Part shown: positions 27,080-36,906 of the stretch, piece by piece
How the letters are laid out: every line of letters starts with the position of its first letter
How positions within the stretch are numbered: position 1 is the stretch's first letter
NCBI GenBank assembly: GCA_030065755.1
Contig: JASJDA010000001.1
Span: forward strand, 24,822-88,821
Direction: 5' to 3'
DNA from: Prochloraceae cyanobacterium
GTDB lineage: Bacteria > Cyanobacteriota > Cyanobacteriia > Cyanobacteriales > JASJDA01
Length of the DNA stretch: 64,000 nt
Translations under genes and position numbers: made by a program
The notes under the pieces: generated by a model
Database searches by the model: none
What the model was told of the DNA's origin: nothing
What the model saw: the letters and a program-made list of their open reading frames with translations, nothing else

Positions 27080-28255
27080 ATGATGGCTAAACCTAAACAA
27101 TGTATAGTAATACTATCAGGTACAAAAGAGATAGACAGGCCTCTGTATCAAGTCTTAGTAAGTTCATTGGAAGATCGTGTCTATTTAATACAAGCTAAAA
27201 ACTTGAAGTTAATAGCCGAGGAATTAAATTTACTTTTAGAAAAGCATATCGTCTGGGTTTTTCCGAGTAATGAGCTAGTCTTAAATAATCTATATAAAAT
27301 AATTAATAATAAACAAATTAATAATCTAGAAAATTTAAAAATTCCAGGTAGTGCAACAGTAAACAGAACGTATAATTCACAAGAATTGTCAAATAAATTT
27401 ATATTATTTTCCCTGCTCAAAGAACATGATTTTACAAATTTGAATAAAGCAAAAACTTTGATTGTTAAAATAAACAAATACTTCAACAAAACTAAATATC
27501 TTCAAACAATTAAATGGCCAGTTATTATTAAACCAGCTATTAAAGATGAAGAAGATAGTTTCACTAATTTTTTTCCTTCTAAACTTATAATTTCAAAAAC
27601 TAAAGATGAATTTTTAAAAGCTATGGAATTTATTGAAAAAAGTTACTTGAATCGCAAATTCATGATTCAAGAGATTATAGAAGGTATTAATGTTTCTTGG
27701 TGTGGATACATTTGTGCTGGAGAATCATTTGGTTATCAAGTTACTTCTTTAGTCAAAAGTCCTTACACTAGTTATGGAGGTACTACTACACTTGCTAAAT
27801 TAGATGAATGCGAACCTCAATTGCAAAAATCTGTTGATGAAATTGCTAAAATATTAAATTTAGATGGAATATTTGAAATTGAGTTTATTTACACAGAACA
27901 AGGACTATATTTTTTTTATGAAATCAATCCTCGTCCTTGGTTGCAAGTAAGTCTTTTATTACATCAAGAAAAAAATATTTTTCTTGAATATCTAAGTAAG
28001 CATAATTTGACAATTAAAATAAATAAGATTGAGACAAAAATCAAAAAATATTGGGGGAGTGCTTTTCGTTATCTTTCATTAAATGAAAAAAACAATACTC
28101 AAATATTTCTAAATGTTTTATTAATAATTTTAAAATACGACATCATTTATTCATTACATTTTAAAATTATCGTTCAAATAAAATATACTTTAAAATTGCT
28201 AGAAATTATCATAAAAATTTCATTAAAACGAAATGTTTATTTGTTTAAAAAATAG
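27080..28255 (+). CDS. ATP-grasp domain protein (probable carboxylate-amine ligase acting on a sugar)
   Basis: VIIKPAIKDEEDSF, FMIQEIIEG, and FEIEFIY...YFFYEINPRPW match the ATP-grasp core strands. The very AT-rich C-terminal tail is unassigned. Confidence 0.6.
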   Translation: MMAKPKQCIVILSGTKEIDRPLYQVLVSSLEDRVYLIQAKNLKLIAEELNLLLEKHIVWVFPSNELVLNNLYKIINNKQINNLENLKIPGSATVNRTYNSQELSNKFILFSLLKEHDFTNLNKAKTLIVKINKYFNKTKYLQTIKWPVIIKPAIKDEEDSFTNFFPSKLIISKTKDEFLKAMEFIEKSYLNRKFMIQEIIEGINVSWCGYICAGESFGYQVTSLVKSPYTSYGGTTTLAKLDECEPQLQKSVDEIAKILNLDGIFEIEFIYTEQGLYFFYEINPRPWLQVSLLLHQEKNIFLEYLSKHNLTIKINKIETKIKKYWGSAFRYLSLNEKNNTQIFLNVLLIILKYDIIYSLHFKIIVQIKYTLKLLEIIIKISLKRNVYLFKK

Positions 28256-28282
28256 ATCTGCATAATATTTATATAATTACAT

Positions 28283-29728
28283 ATGTCAATCAAAAAAGAT
28301 TTTATTTCTGGAATAAAATGGACTTCTATTTATCAAGTATATCGTCAACTCCTAAATCTATTAACTGTTATCATTTTAGCTCGTCTGCTTCAACCATCAG
28401 ATCTTGGTTTGATGAGTACTGCAATGATATATATTCAGTTTTTTTCTATGTTTGATTCCCTGGGAATAATGGAAGCTTTAATTCAGAAAAAAGATCTTGA
28501 TGAAAAATTGTTGTCTAGTACGTACTGGTTTAATGTTGCTGCAGGTTTATGCTTTACACTAATCATATTTTTTAGCGCACCTTTATTAGGTAGTATATAT
28601 CAAGAAGATAGATTAATTCCAGTGATTCAAACCTTATCTATGTTATTTGTAATTAATAGTTTAGGTAAGTTGCAACAAACTTTATTAATCAAAAATGTTA
28701 ATTTTTATAGTTTAACTAAAATAGAAATTATCAGCTCTACTCTTGGTTCTATAACTGGTATTATCCTGGCTTTCTGGGGTCTAGGAGTATGGAGTCTAGT
28801 CTATCAGTCATTGTTAACAGCAATCACTAGTTTCATTCTCTGTTGGCTCAATGTTAGTTGGAAACCTAGCCTAACATTTAGTGTGACTGCTCTTAAATCT
28901 GTTAGTAATTATAGTTTATATTTGACAGGTTACAGATTCATTGACTATCTTCATCTTAATCTAGATTATATACTTATTGGCAAATTCTTAGGTACTCAAG
29001 CTTTAGGATATTACTATCTCGCATACCGTATTATTAGTTTTATATCCCAAAATATATCTGCTACTATTACCAGAGTGTTATTTCCTACTTTAGCAAAAAT
29101 ACAAGATGATAACGACATATTTCGTCGTTTATACTTGAATTTGATTGGTTTTATTAGCTTTTTTACTTTTCCTTTGATGATAATTTTTATGTCTCTTAGT
29201 GAGCCTTTTACTTTAATAATTTTAGGATCGAAATGGATAGCTATTGTTCCACTTTTGACAATTTTATCTCCTCTTGTTTTATCTAAGTCTATAGCAACAA
29301 CATTAACACCTATTTATCAATCTAAGGGTCGTACAGATGTAATGTTTTATTGGGGATTGGTAGCAAATTTAATAGTTGTATTAGCTTTTTTAATTGGTAT
29401 TCAATGGGGAATGATTGGAGTTGCTATTGCTTATACCGCTACCCTGCCCGTTGCTTATCCCAGCTATGTAATTGCTTTTAAGCTAATAGAATTACGTATG
29501 CAAGATTTTTTTCGAGTTCTCTATAATTCTTTTATCAGTAGTGTTTTGATGTTAGTTACAATCTTAGTAGTTAAGTTTGTTCTGCCTGAGAATTTACCAA
29601 TTGAATGGGTTCTAGGTCTTCTAGTACTCGCAGGTACTGTTGCTTACCTCTTAGTAAGCTGGTTAATTAATCGCAAACAACTACTAGAAATTTTAAATAT
29701 AGCAAGAAAAATAACAAAAATAGTATGA
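28283..29728 (+). CDS. Wzx-type oligosaccharide flippase (MOP superfamily)
   Basis: 481 aa and polytopic, with the N-terminal GIKWTSIYQVYRQLLNLLTVIILARLLQPSDLG typical of polysaccharide biosynthesis (PST) flippases. Confidence 0.85.
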   Translation: MSIKKDFISGIKWTSIYQVYRQLLNLLTVIILARLLQPSDLGLMSTAMIYIQFFSMFDSLGIMEALIQKKDLDEKLLSSTYWFNVAAGLCFTLIIFFSAPLLGSIYQEDRLIPVIQTLSMLFVINSLGKLQQTLLIKNVNFYSLTKIEIISSTLGSITGIILAFWGLGVWSLVYQSLLTAITSFILCWLNVSWKPSLTFSVTALKSVSNYSLYLTGYRFIDYLHLNLDYILIGKFLGTQALGYYYLAYRIISFISQNISATITRVLFPTLAKIQDDNDIFRRLYLNLIGFISFFTFPLMIIFMSLSEPFTLIILGSKWIAIVPLLTILSPLVLSKSIATTLTPIYQSKGRTDVMFYWGLVANLIVVLAFLIGIQWGMIGVAIAYTATLPVAYPSYVIAFKLIELRMQDFFRVLYNSFISSVLMLVTILVVKFVLPENLPIEWVLGLLVLAGTVAYLLVSWLINRKQLLEILNIARKITKIV

Positions 29729-29912
29729 AAAATAAAAGGATATTTATTACCAATATATCTGACCAAAATTTACGATCGTAATTATAAACATAAATTAAAA
29801 TTTGCAAAATTTAATATTAATACAAAACCAATATAAACTAATGCAATTAATTAAAAAATATGATTCAATCCTGAATGAAGCTCTTTATTTTTCTATGAAA
29901 CACTAAACCCCT

Positions 29913-31097
29913 ATGTCTAAAGATAAAATAACTGTTATTCAAAGTTTTCCCAACTGGTTGCCTACGACTCAAACTTGGATGTATAACCAAGTATATTACC
30001 TACCAAAAGAAATAGAAAATCATATTGTTTGCGATCGCACTCAAAATTTGGATCAATTTAATTTACCAAATATCCACAGTCTTCTAGACAAATCTTTGTG
30101 GCAATTTCTTTGGGAAAAAGGAAGGCGCAAACTTAAACTAATAAAACATTCTCCATATTTACTCAAACAAGCACAAAAATATCAAATTCAAATCTTACAT
30201 TCACACTTCGGTCATATAGCCTGGTTTGATCTTCCTAATACCGATCGAATCAAACTAAAACACGTAGTTACTTTTTACGGATACGATGTTAACTCTATAC
30301 CGAAAAACGATCCTATTTGGGTTAAACGCTATCAGCAACTATTTGAAAAAGCAGACCGCATTCTTTGTGAAGGCTCTCACATGGCTAAGTGTATCGAAAA
30401 TTTGGGATGTCCGCCAGAAAAAATTAAAGTGCATCACTTAGGAGTTAAACTAAATAAAATTAAATATCAACCTAGAGTCTGGAATAGACGAGAAACTCTA
30501 AAAGTTTTAATAGCTGCATCTTTTGTCGAAAAAAAAGGAATTCCTTATGCAATTGAAGCATTAGGAAGGTTACAACATGAAATTCCTCTGGAAATTACTA
30601 TTATTGGCGACGCAAGCAAAAGCCAGCCCAAAAGTCGTCAGTTGAAAAGCAAGTCAGAAAAAGAAAAAATTCTCGCAGCGATCGACAAACATAATTTGGG
30701 TTCAAAAGTTAATTTATTAGGATATCAACCTTATGAAGTTTTCTTCGAACAAGCATACAAACACCATTTATTCATTTCTCCTAGCATAACTGCTGAGGAT
30801 GGAGATACAGAAGGAGGTGCGCCAGTAAGCATTACCGAAATGGCAGCTACAGGAATGCCAATTGTAAGTACCACTCACTGCGACATCCCAGAAGTAATTA
30901 AACACGGTATTACGGGTTTGTTAGCCCCAGAAAAAGATATTGAAGGACTCGCGAAAAATATCCAATGGTTTGTTAATAATCCAGATAAATGGCAAGAAAT
31001 GCTCGATGCTGGACGGAAACATATAGAAAGGGAATATGATTCGATCGAACAAGGTAAAAAACTAGCAAAAATTTATCGAGATCTCGCTCAGTCCTAA
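29913..31097 (+). CDS. Glycosyltransferase family 4
   Basis: A C-terminal GT4 core (EGGAPVSITEMAATGMPIVSTTHCDIPEVIKHGITGLL). Confidence 0.85.
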   Translation: MSKDKITVIQSFPNWLPTTQTWMYNQVYYLPKEIENHIVCDRTQNLDQFNLPNIHSLLDKSLWQFLWEKGRRKLKLIKHSPYLLKQAQKYQIQILHSHFGHIAWFDLPNTDRIKLKHVVTFYGYDVNSIPKNDPIWVKRYQQLFEKADRILCEGSHMAKCIENLGCPPEKIKVHHLGVKLNKIKYQPRVWNRRETLKVLIAASFVEKKGIPYAIEALGRLQHEIPLEITIIGDASKSQPKSRQLKSKSEKEKILAAIDKHNLGSKVNLLGYQPYEVFFEQAYKHHLFISPSITAEDGDTEGGAPVSITEMAATGMPIVSTTHCDIPEVIKHGITGLLAPEKDIEGLAKNIQWFVNNPDKWQEMLDAGRKHIEREYDSIEQGKKLAKIYRDLAQS

Positions 31098-31112
31098 ATA
31101 AGTTCGATTAAT

Positions 31113-32324
31113 ATGAACTGTAATTGCGACAACATTAACAATATTTTGATGATTCACAACCGCTATCAATATGCTGGAGGTGAAGATGCATCTACTAAAG
31201 CAGAAATAGATTTATTGCGTCAAAATAAACACAAAGTAACATTATTAGAAGATAGCAACGAGCGTATAGAAAAATTCTCTACTTTAGAAAAATTAGAACT
31301 TTTTTTTACTGCTGCTTGGAATAATAAAAGCTATCAACAACTCAGATTGCAACTCCAACAATTAAAACCCGATCTACTCCACGTCCAAAATTTCTTTCCT
31401 TTATTTTCTCCTTCTATTCACGCTGCTGCTAAATCTTTAGATATTCCCACTATTCAACATTTACGTAATTTTCGTTTGGGTTGTTTGAATGCTTATCTAT
31501 TTCGAAAAGGAAAGATTTGCGAAGCTTGTATAGGTAAAAATCCCTGGCGCGGTTTGGTTTATCGCTGTTATCGAGGCTCTCTACCCGCATCTTTAGGTGT
31601 ATGGAATATGATTACATATAATCGCTGGCGCGGGACTTGGTTAAAAGATGTAGATGCTTTTATAACCCCCAGTCAGTTTGCTGCCAAAAAACTGATAGAA
31701 ATAGGAATTAGCAGCGATCGCCTCTACGTCAAACCCAATATAACCCCAGATCCATTAGTAGGTCAGTCAATACCCCCTCTTCCCGATCGACCTACATTTT
31801 TATACATCGGTCGTCTTTCACCAGAAAAAGGAATCATTACCCTACTTAAAGCTTGGGAAAAATTAGCACGATCGCAATGGCAATTAGAAATTGTCGGTGA
31901 TGGTGCGCAAAGACAGGAATTAGAACAATTAAAAAGCGATCGCCAACTAAATAACGTCAACTTTCGAGGATATCAACCCAGTCAAAAAGTCTGGGAAGCA
32001 ATAAAACAAGCTACCGCTATTATAGTTCCTTCCCAGTGGTACGAAACCTTTGGCAGAGTAGTAATAGAAGCATTTGCTTGTGGTAGGGGAGTGCTAGTTT
32101 CTAACTTGGGTGCGCTGTCAGAATTGGTTAAAGAAGGGGAAACAGGTTTTTTAATTTCTCCCGACGATATCGATGCTTGGGTAGAGAAAATTGAGTGGAG
32201 TGGGAACAATTATATAGAGATGACCCGTATAGGTCAGCAATGCCGTCAAGTTTACTTACAGCAGTATACGCCAGAAGTTAACTATCAAAAGACGATCGAG
32301 ATTTATCGCCAGGTTTTAAATTAA
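31113..32324 (+). CDS. Glycosyltransferase family 4
   Basis: LMIHNRYQYAGGED at the N-terminus; VPSQWYETFGRVVIEAFACGRGVLVSNLGALSELVKEGETGFL in the C-terminal domain. Confidence 0.85.
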   Translation: MNCNCDNINNILMIHNRYQYAGGEDASTKAEIDLLRQNKHKVTLLEDSNERIEKFSTLEKLELFFTAAWNNKSYQQLRLQLQQLKPDLLHVQNFFPLFSPSIHAAAKSLDIPTIQHLRNFRLGCLNAYLFRKGKICEACIGKNPWRGLVYRCYRGSLPASLGVWNMITYNRWRGTWLKDVDAFITPSQFAAKKLIEIGISSDRLYVKPNITPDPLVGQSIPPLPDRPTFLYIGRLSPEKGIITLLKAWEKLARSQWQLEIVGDGAQRQELEQLKSDRQLNNVNFRGYQPSQKVWEAIKQATAIIVPSQWYETFGRVVIEAFACGRGVLVSNLGALSELVKEGETGFLISPDDIDAWVEKIEWSGNNYIEMTRIGQQCRQVYLQQYTPEVNYQKTIEIYRQVLN

Positions 32325-33082
32325 TGTCTGCTAGACAAATTATTAACACTCGCATCGATGCTACTAGTTACGAGGATGCTTGCGATCGTATCCAAACTTG
32401 GGCAAATAACAACACTTCTTGCTATATCGTAGCTGCTAACGTTCACGTAATAATGAGTTGTTTTTGGTCAGCACAATACGGGCAAGTTGTCAATGGTGCA
32501 GCGTTGGTGACTCCCGATGGAATGCCTTTAGTTTGGGCAATGCGTCTGCTGGGGGTAAAAAAACAATCTAGAGTTTACGGTCCAGATTTAATGTTAGCTT
32601 GGTGCGATCGCGCTGCCAAAACTAGTATACCTATCTACTTATATGGCGGCACGGAAACAATGCTAGCAAAACTACAGCACAACTTAAAACAACAATTTCC
32701 AGGATTGATAATTGCTGGTAGTTATTCTCCTCCATTTCGCTCTCTAACACCAGAAGAACAACAAAAAGATATCGATCGCATTCACGCAACTGATGCTAAA
32801 GTAGTTTTTGTTGCCCTAGGCTGTCCCAAACAAGAATATTGGATGGCAAGAGTGCAAGGAAAACTAAAAGCAGTGGCGATCGGTGTTGGTGCAGCTTTTA
32901 GCTTCCACAGTGGAGAAGTTTCCCAAGCACCCCGCTGGATGATGAAAATAGGAATAGAATGGCTCTATCGTCTCGTTACCGAGCCAAAAAGATTGTGGCG
33001 GCGATATTTAATTAATAACCCCGTATTTTTACTATTATTTACCTTGCAATTGCTCAAAAAAGCTTCAATTACTAATAAATAA
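32324..33082 (+). CDS. WecB/TagA/CpsF-family glycosyltransferase (GT26)
   Basis: VTPDGMPLVWA, GCPKQEYWM and RLWRRYLINNP motifs. The start overlaps the stop of the preceding GT by 1 nt. Confidence 0.88.
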   Translation: MSARQIINTRIDATSYEDACDRIQTWANNNTSCYIVAANVHVIMSCFWSAQYGQVVNGAALVTPDGMPLVWAMRLLGVKKQSRVYGPDLMLAWCDRAAKTSIPIYLYGGTETMLAKLQHNLKQQFPGLIIAGSYSPPFRSLTPEEQQKDIDRIHATDAKVVFVALGCPKQEYWMARVQGKLKAVAIGVGAAFSFHSGEVSQAPRWMMKIGIEWLYRLVTEPKRLWRRYLINNPVFLLLFTLQLLKKASITNK

Positions 33083-33083
33083 T

Positions 33084-33186
33084 TGTTAGCTGTTAGCTGT
33101 TGGCTGTTAGCTATTTGTTTCTCTCCCCCTCTCCCCCTCTCCCCCTCCCCACACTCCCCACACCCCCCACACTCCCCCTCTCCTCA
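33084..33186. repeat. Composite intergenic repeat: TGTTRGC heptamers plus a CTCTCCC/CACACTCCCC pyrimidine tract
   Basis: Direct reading. This is the reverse-complement counterpart of 11221-11313. Confidence 0.85.
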
Positions 33187-33316
33187 ACAAGGGTGTCGGT
33201 TTTTATGAAATCTGTGGGAATACTCAGAGTAAATCTGAGAGTAAGTTTATAGAGATTTTCCTATAGTCTTACTTGCTATTAATACTGACATAAAAAATGC
33301 CAATTTAAAAATTACC

Positions 33317-34774
33317 ATGCATAATTCCCCAGGTAAAACATATAAACCATTATTAGATATTCGCGCACCTCAGAAAATTCGCTTATTTCATCTTGCTAGT
33401 TGGAAACACTGGTATATTCTACTACTAAGTGATATTTCAGCCCTAGCGATCGCCTGGCAATTTGCTAGATACTTAAACAAGTTTTATTCTCCTATTCCTC
33501 CTCAACTAGTTTGGTGGGTTTGGTTAGGTATTCCCAGTCCATTTTGGATTTTTGCGGCAATAACTTTATTATTTTTTGCCTATAGTGGTTTGTATAATGA
33601 CTCGACGAGTAAAGCTCAAAACTACGTCCGCACTGGTCAACTGGTTAGTATAGTTTATTTATTATCTCTTGTTATAGTTTATTTTTACGATCCGAAATTA
33701 GATCCGCCTCGATCGCTCTTTTTTACAGCTTGGTTTGGTAGTGTAGGCTCAATAATTAGTTTGCGTCTGTTATTAGCTCTAGTTGTACCTCAATTTAAAC
33801 AGACTACAGTCCCAGTATTTATTATCGCTCCAGCAGGACGACTCAACAAGTTAGCAGAAATAGTGCGCAGAAGAGGATCTTCAAATAGTTTGCGGCGAGT
33901 GCGATATAAAGTAGTAGGGGCAGCACTAGCAACCACTGCTAATTCGCCAGCTACCTTAAAAGCTATTATTAAATCTGGAGCCAAACAAGTACTAGCAGAA
34001 ACATTACCCCAGACTAAATTAGCTTCAACTCTATACTGGCGACTGAGGAGATCGGGTATTTGTTTGCGCTTAATTCCTTCTAGTTTAGAAATTTTACACC
34101 GTCGCGGAGCATCAGAAGTATTCGCCGGACTTCCAACCCTGCGAGTGGAAACATCTTTATTAGTTGGGTGGGACTATCGACTGAAACGGTGGATAGATTT
34201 TTTTGGTGCTTTGTTTGGAATAATTATCTTATCTCCGTTGTTTGTGGGAGTAGCGATCGCTATCAAAATTTCTTCTCCAGGTTCGATATTCTTTCGCCAA
34301 GAGCGTGTAGGTTTACACGGTAAAATATTTAAAGTGTGGAAATTCCGCACTATGGTAGCTAATGCAGCCAAACTTCAGGCAAAATTGGAAGCGCAAAATA
34401 AAACTAAAGACGGGATAATGTTTAAAGTGGAGCGCGATCCGCGTATTATTCCCATAGGACATTTTTTGCGTCGCACCAGCATCGACGAACTACCTCAGTT
34501 ATTTAATGTTTTATTAGGTCAAATGAGTTTGGTGGGACCGCGACCTTTACCACTCAGAGATGTGAAACGCTTCGACGAGTGGCATCACATTCGCCATCGA
34601 GTGCTTCCTGGAATTACTGGAATGTGGCAAATTTCCGGTCGATCGGACATCGAGGATTTTGACGATGCTGCCAGACTAGACCTATATTATATCGATCATT
34701 GGTCGCTCAATCTAGATTTAGATATTTTAGTTGAAACTGTCAGAATTGTATTGTTTGGAAAAGGAGCCTATTAA
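33317..34774 (+). CDS. Polyprenyl-phosphate glycosylphosphotransferase (WbaP/EpsB-type initiating sugar transferase)
   Basis: An N-terminal polytopic region plus the C-terminal bacterial sugar transferase core (FRQERVG..G..F...KFRTM, DELPQLFNVLLGQMSLVGPRP). Confidence 0.9.
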   Translation: MHNSPGKTYKPLLDIRAPQKIRLFHLASWKHWYILLLSDISALAIAWQFARYLNKFYSPIPPQLVWWVWLGIPSPFWIFAAITLLFFAYSGLYNDSTSKAQNYVRTGQLVSIVYLLSLVIVYFYDPKLDPPRSLFFTAWFGSVGSIISLRLLLALVVPQFKQTTVPVFIIAPAGRLNKLAEIVRRRGSSNSLRRVRYKVVGAALATTANSPATLKAIIKSGAKQVLAETLPQTKLASTLYWRLRRSGICLRLIPSSLEILHRRGASEVFAGLPTLRVETSLLVGWDYRLKRWIDFFGALFGIIILSPLFVGVAIAIKISSPGSIFFRQERVGLHGKIFKVWKFRTMVANAAKLQAKLEAQNKTKDGIMFKVERDPRIIPIGHFLRRTSIDELPQLFNVLLGQMSLVGPRPLPLRDVKRFDEWHHIRHRVLPGITGMWQISGRSDIEDFDDAARLDLYYIDHWSLNLDLDILVETVRIVLFGKGAY

Positions 34775-35094
34775 CAGTTAACAGTTATGTACATTAACAC
34801 TTGATTTGTCATCGGTAACAGATTAGTGTCGCTGTAACAAATTAAAATGGCGTTTAACGAATTATCTGTCGTTTCTTCCAATCTGTTTCATCGATCTCGA
34901 TCGAAGGCCACCTGCAAAATAGCCAAAATTCCTCCGAGCGCGAACTGCTTGCAGCAGCGCTTGTGCTCCCGCAAAAATAGCCGAATCATATACTACAAGG
35001 CATATGACGATTTGACGTGCGCAAGGTGGGTTTCAATGTTGTTTTCTGAGACTCGGTGATGCCCAGTTCCTTTTAGGGTGTTGCGCTTCCATAA

Positions 35095-35541
35095 TTAAAC
35101 TATCCGATACACGACAACTCCGTCACTTTCCCGATTGCCTATCTCAATTAATTCGTCGCGCTGCATTTGTAGAAGAAGCTCTTTTACTTTTTGAACGTCC
35201 TTTTCAGTGGTCAGAACGCAATCGGCTAGGGTGGCTTCTTTATTTTCTTTGAGTAGCTTTAGGATTGTATGAGTATCTGATTGAGGGGTTATAGAGATTG
35301 TCTGGAAAGGGGAAATCTCAGCAGTAGGAGTCAAACCGTAAAGCGCTCTATATTTGAAATTTTGCTCTTCAACCATCCATGGAATCATGAACAAGTCAAT
35401 AATCTGTCCAATACCAAACACCCCCCAGCTAAAGAACCAGATCGAACCAGTTAGAGGCTTGCCTAGATAAAAACGATGAATCCCAGCAAAACCCAAAAAC
35501 CAAAAACACCATAACAGATATGCTGTAACTGTATTTCTCAT
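35095..35541 (-). CDS. TM2-domain membrane protein with a C-terminal winged-helix-like soluble domain
   Basis: [22 protein letters not shown]...GIGQIIDLF is the TM2 domain signature. The C-terminal assignment is tentative. Confidence 0.7.
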   Translation of the reverse strand: MRNTVTAYLLWCFWFLGFAGIHRFYLGKPLTGSIWFFSWGVFGIGQIIDLFMIPWMVEEQNFKYRALYGLTPTAEISPFQTISITPQSDTHTILKLLKENKEATLADCVLTTEKDVQKVKELLLQMQRDELIEIGNRESDGVVVYRIV

Positions 35542-36014
35542 AGCTAATTTGACTTTCTATCCTTAAAGTCTCCTCAATTCCACGATATCTAATCTCATAG
35601 GAATTTAGGCTTGACATAAACTCGAAAATATGGTTTGGGTTTGAATGTTATTAATTTAGATAAATTTCTGCTTATTTTCGAAGTATGTATTGAAGTTTAT
35701 TTGTATTATTACCTCGCTCTCTTCCAGATGATGTGTGCGATCGCCGATCGCCTTAATGATATAGTTTGCGCCGACGAGCGAGATCGCAACAGTTAAAGAA
35801 TTGGCCTTATTTTCATTTTCTGACTTTACTGACTATACTTAAATAAGTACATAAACTTAGTTGAGGTTACACAAAAAGAATATAGATCGAGGGTTTATGT
35901 TGCTGGCGAGCAACTCAGGTAATATCAGTAAATGGACAATTTTTTTTCCTGCCTGCGATCGCCGTTTCGATAACTCTGTTTTGCTCTTTAGTCAAATACA
36001 GATCGGCATCTTTG

Positions 36015-36206
36015 CTATGTTAAGGGTTTTTTGCCGTTGCCACCATAAAGTTGATCGAAACCAAAGCCGCCCCACATACTATCGTTACCAGACCCACTAG
36101 AGAAAATATCATTGTTAGATTCACCAGCCATACTGTTATTGCCATATTGTCTCCACATAGTATCATTGCTAAAGCCACCAAAAATTCGACTTAACTGCTT
36201 ACACAA
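36015..36206 (-). pseudogene. Fragment of an RTX/hemolysin-type Ca-binding repeat protein
   Basis: Degenerate GGxGxD nonapeptide-like repeats (SGSGNDSMWGGFGFDQLYGGNG) in a 63-aa orphan ORF with no recognisable N- or C-terminal context. Confidence 0.4.
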
Positions 36207-36235
36207 AATTAATTACACATTTTAGTTACCAAAAT

Positions 36236-36281
36236 ATGCATTAATTGCATTAATTGCATTTATCTAATGCAATTAATGCAT
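36236..36281. promoter_or_regulatory. Perfect 15-bp inverted repeat (ATGCATTAATTGCAT / ATGCAATTAATGCAT) with an internal 9-bp tandem unit; possible operator
   Basis: Direct reading. It lies about 120 bp upstream of the VOC-family gene. Function is not established. Confidence 0.35.
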
Positions 36282-36401
36282 GTTTTCCAGTTTTTGTCTT
36301 GATTAACTAAAATACAAAAATCACTTTTTAGAGATTATGAGTTTTTAGTTAAAGAGATAAGATCGAAGAAAAGAAAATAAGAGCGGGTAAAGAGGTGTGA
36401 C

Positions 36402-36767
36402 ATGACAATTACCCTAAATCACACTATAGTTCCAGCAAAAAACAAATCGTCATCGGCAAAGTTCTTTGCAGATATTTTTGGTCTAAAAGTTGAATCTCCT
36501 GTAGGTCACTTCGCTGCTGTGCGTGTTAATGATACTTTGACTCTTGACTTTGCCGAGAGGGAAGAATTTGAATCACATCACTATGCTTTCCATGTAAGTG
36601 ATTCTGAATTTGATTCTATTTTCACACGAGTAAAAGAGGCAGGTCTTGAATACAGTAGTGACCCTATGCATCAGAACAAAGGACAAATTAACAAAAGAAA
36701 AGGCGGACGCGGATTCTATTTCTATGACCCTAATGGACATAACCTGGAATTGCTGACTCGTACGTGA
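36402..36767 (+). CDS. VOC-family (glyoxalase/bleomycin-resistance/dioxygenase fold) protein
   Basis: LNHTIVPAKNK...FFADIFGLK, HHYAFHV, and GGRGFYFYDPNGHNLELL are the typical paired beta-alpha-beta-beta-beta VOC motifs. Confidence 0.8.
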   Translation: MTITLNHTIVPAKNKSSSAKFFADIFGLKVESPVGHFAAVRVNDTLTLDFAEREEFESHHYAFHVSDSEFDSIFTRVKEAGLEYSSDPMHQNKGQINKRKGGRGFYFYDPNGHNLELLTRT

Positions 36768-36906
36768 GAGCGCAGCAGTCGGGGGTGTTAAAGGAATTTG
36801 TCTTCTACGATCTCGTGCGCGATCCGTGTAGCGGCGCTTGAATCAATGCTTTTTTGGTTCTAATAGGGAATCTTCTTATGGATTGAAGAATCTTTGAGCT
36901 GTGGCT

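Noticed and set aside
34847-35059. 70-aa ORF between the sugar transferase and the TM2 gene
   Set aside because: It has no RBS or motif and a Ser/Arg/Cys-rich composition. The reverse strand shows only vague LuxR-HTH-like strings in the wrong order, which I could not support as a pseudogene.
35861-36100. 79-aa plus-strand ORF next to the RTX fragment
   Set aside because: It is antisense to the RTX-like remnant and has no motif. It is probably non-coding.
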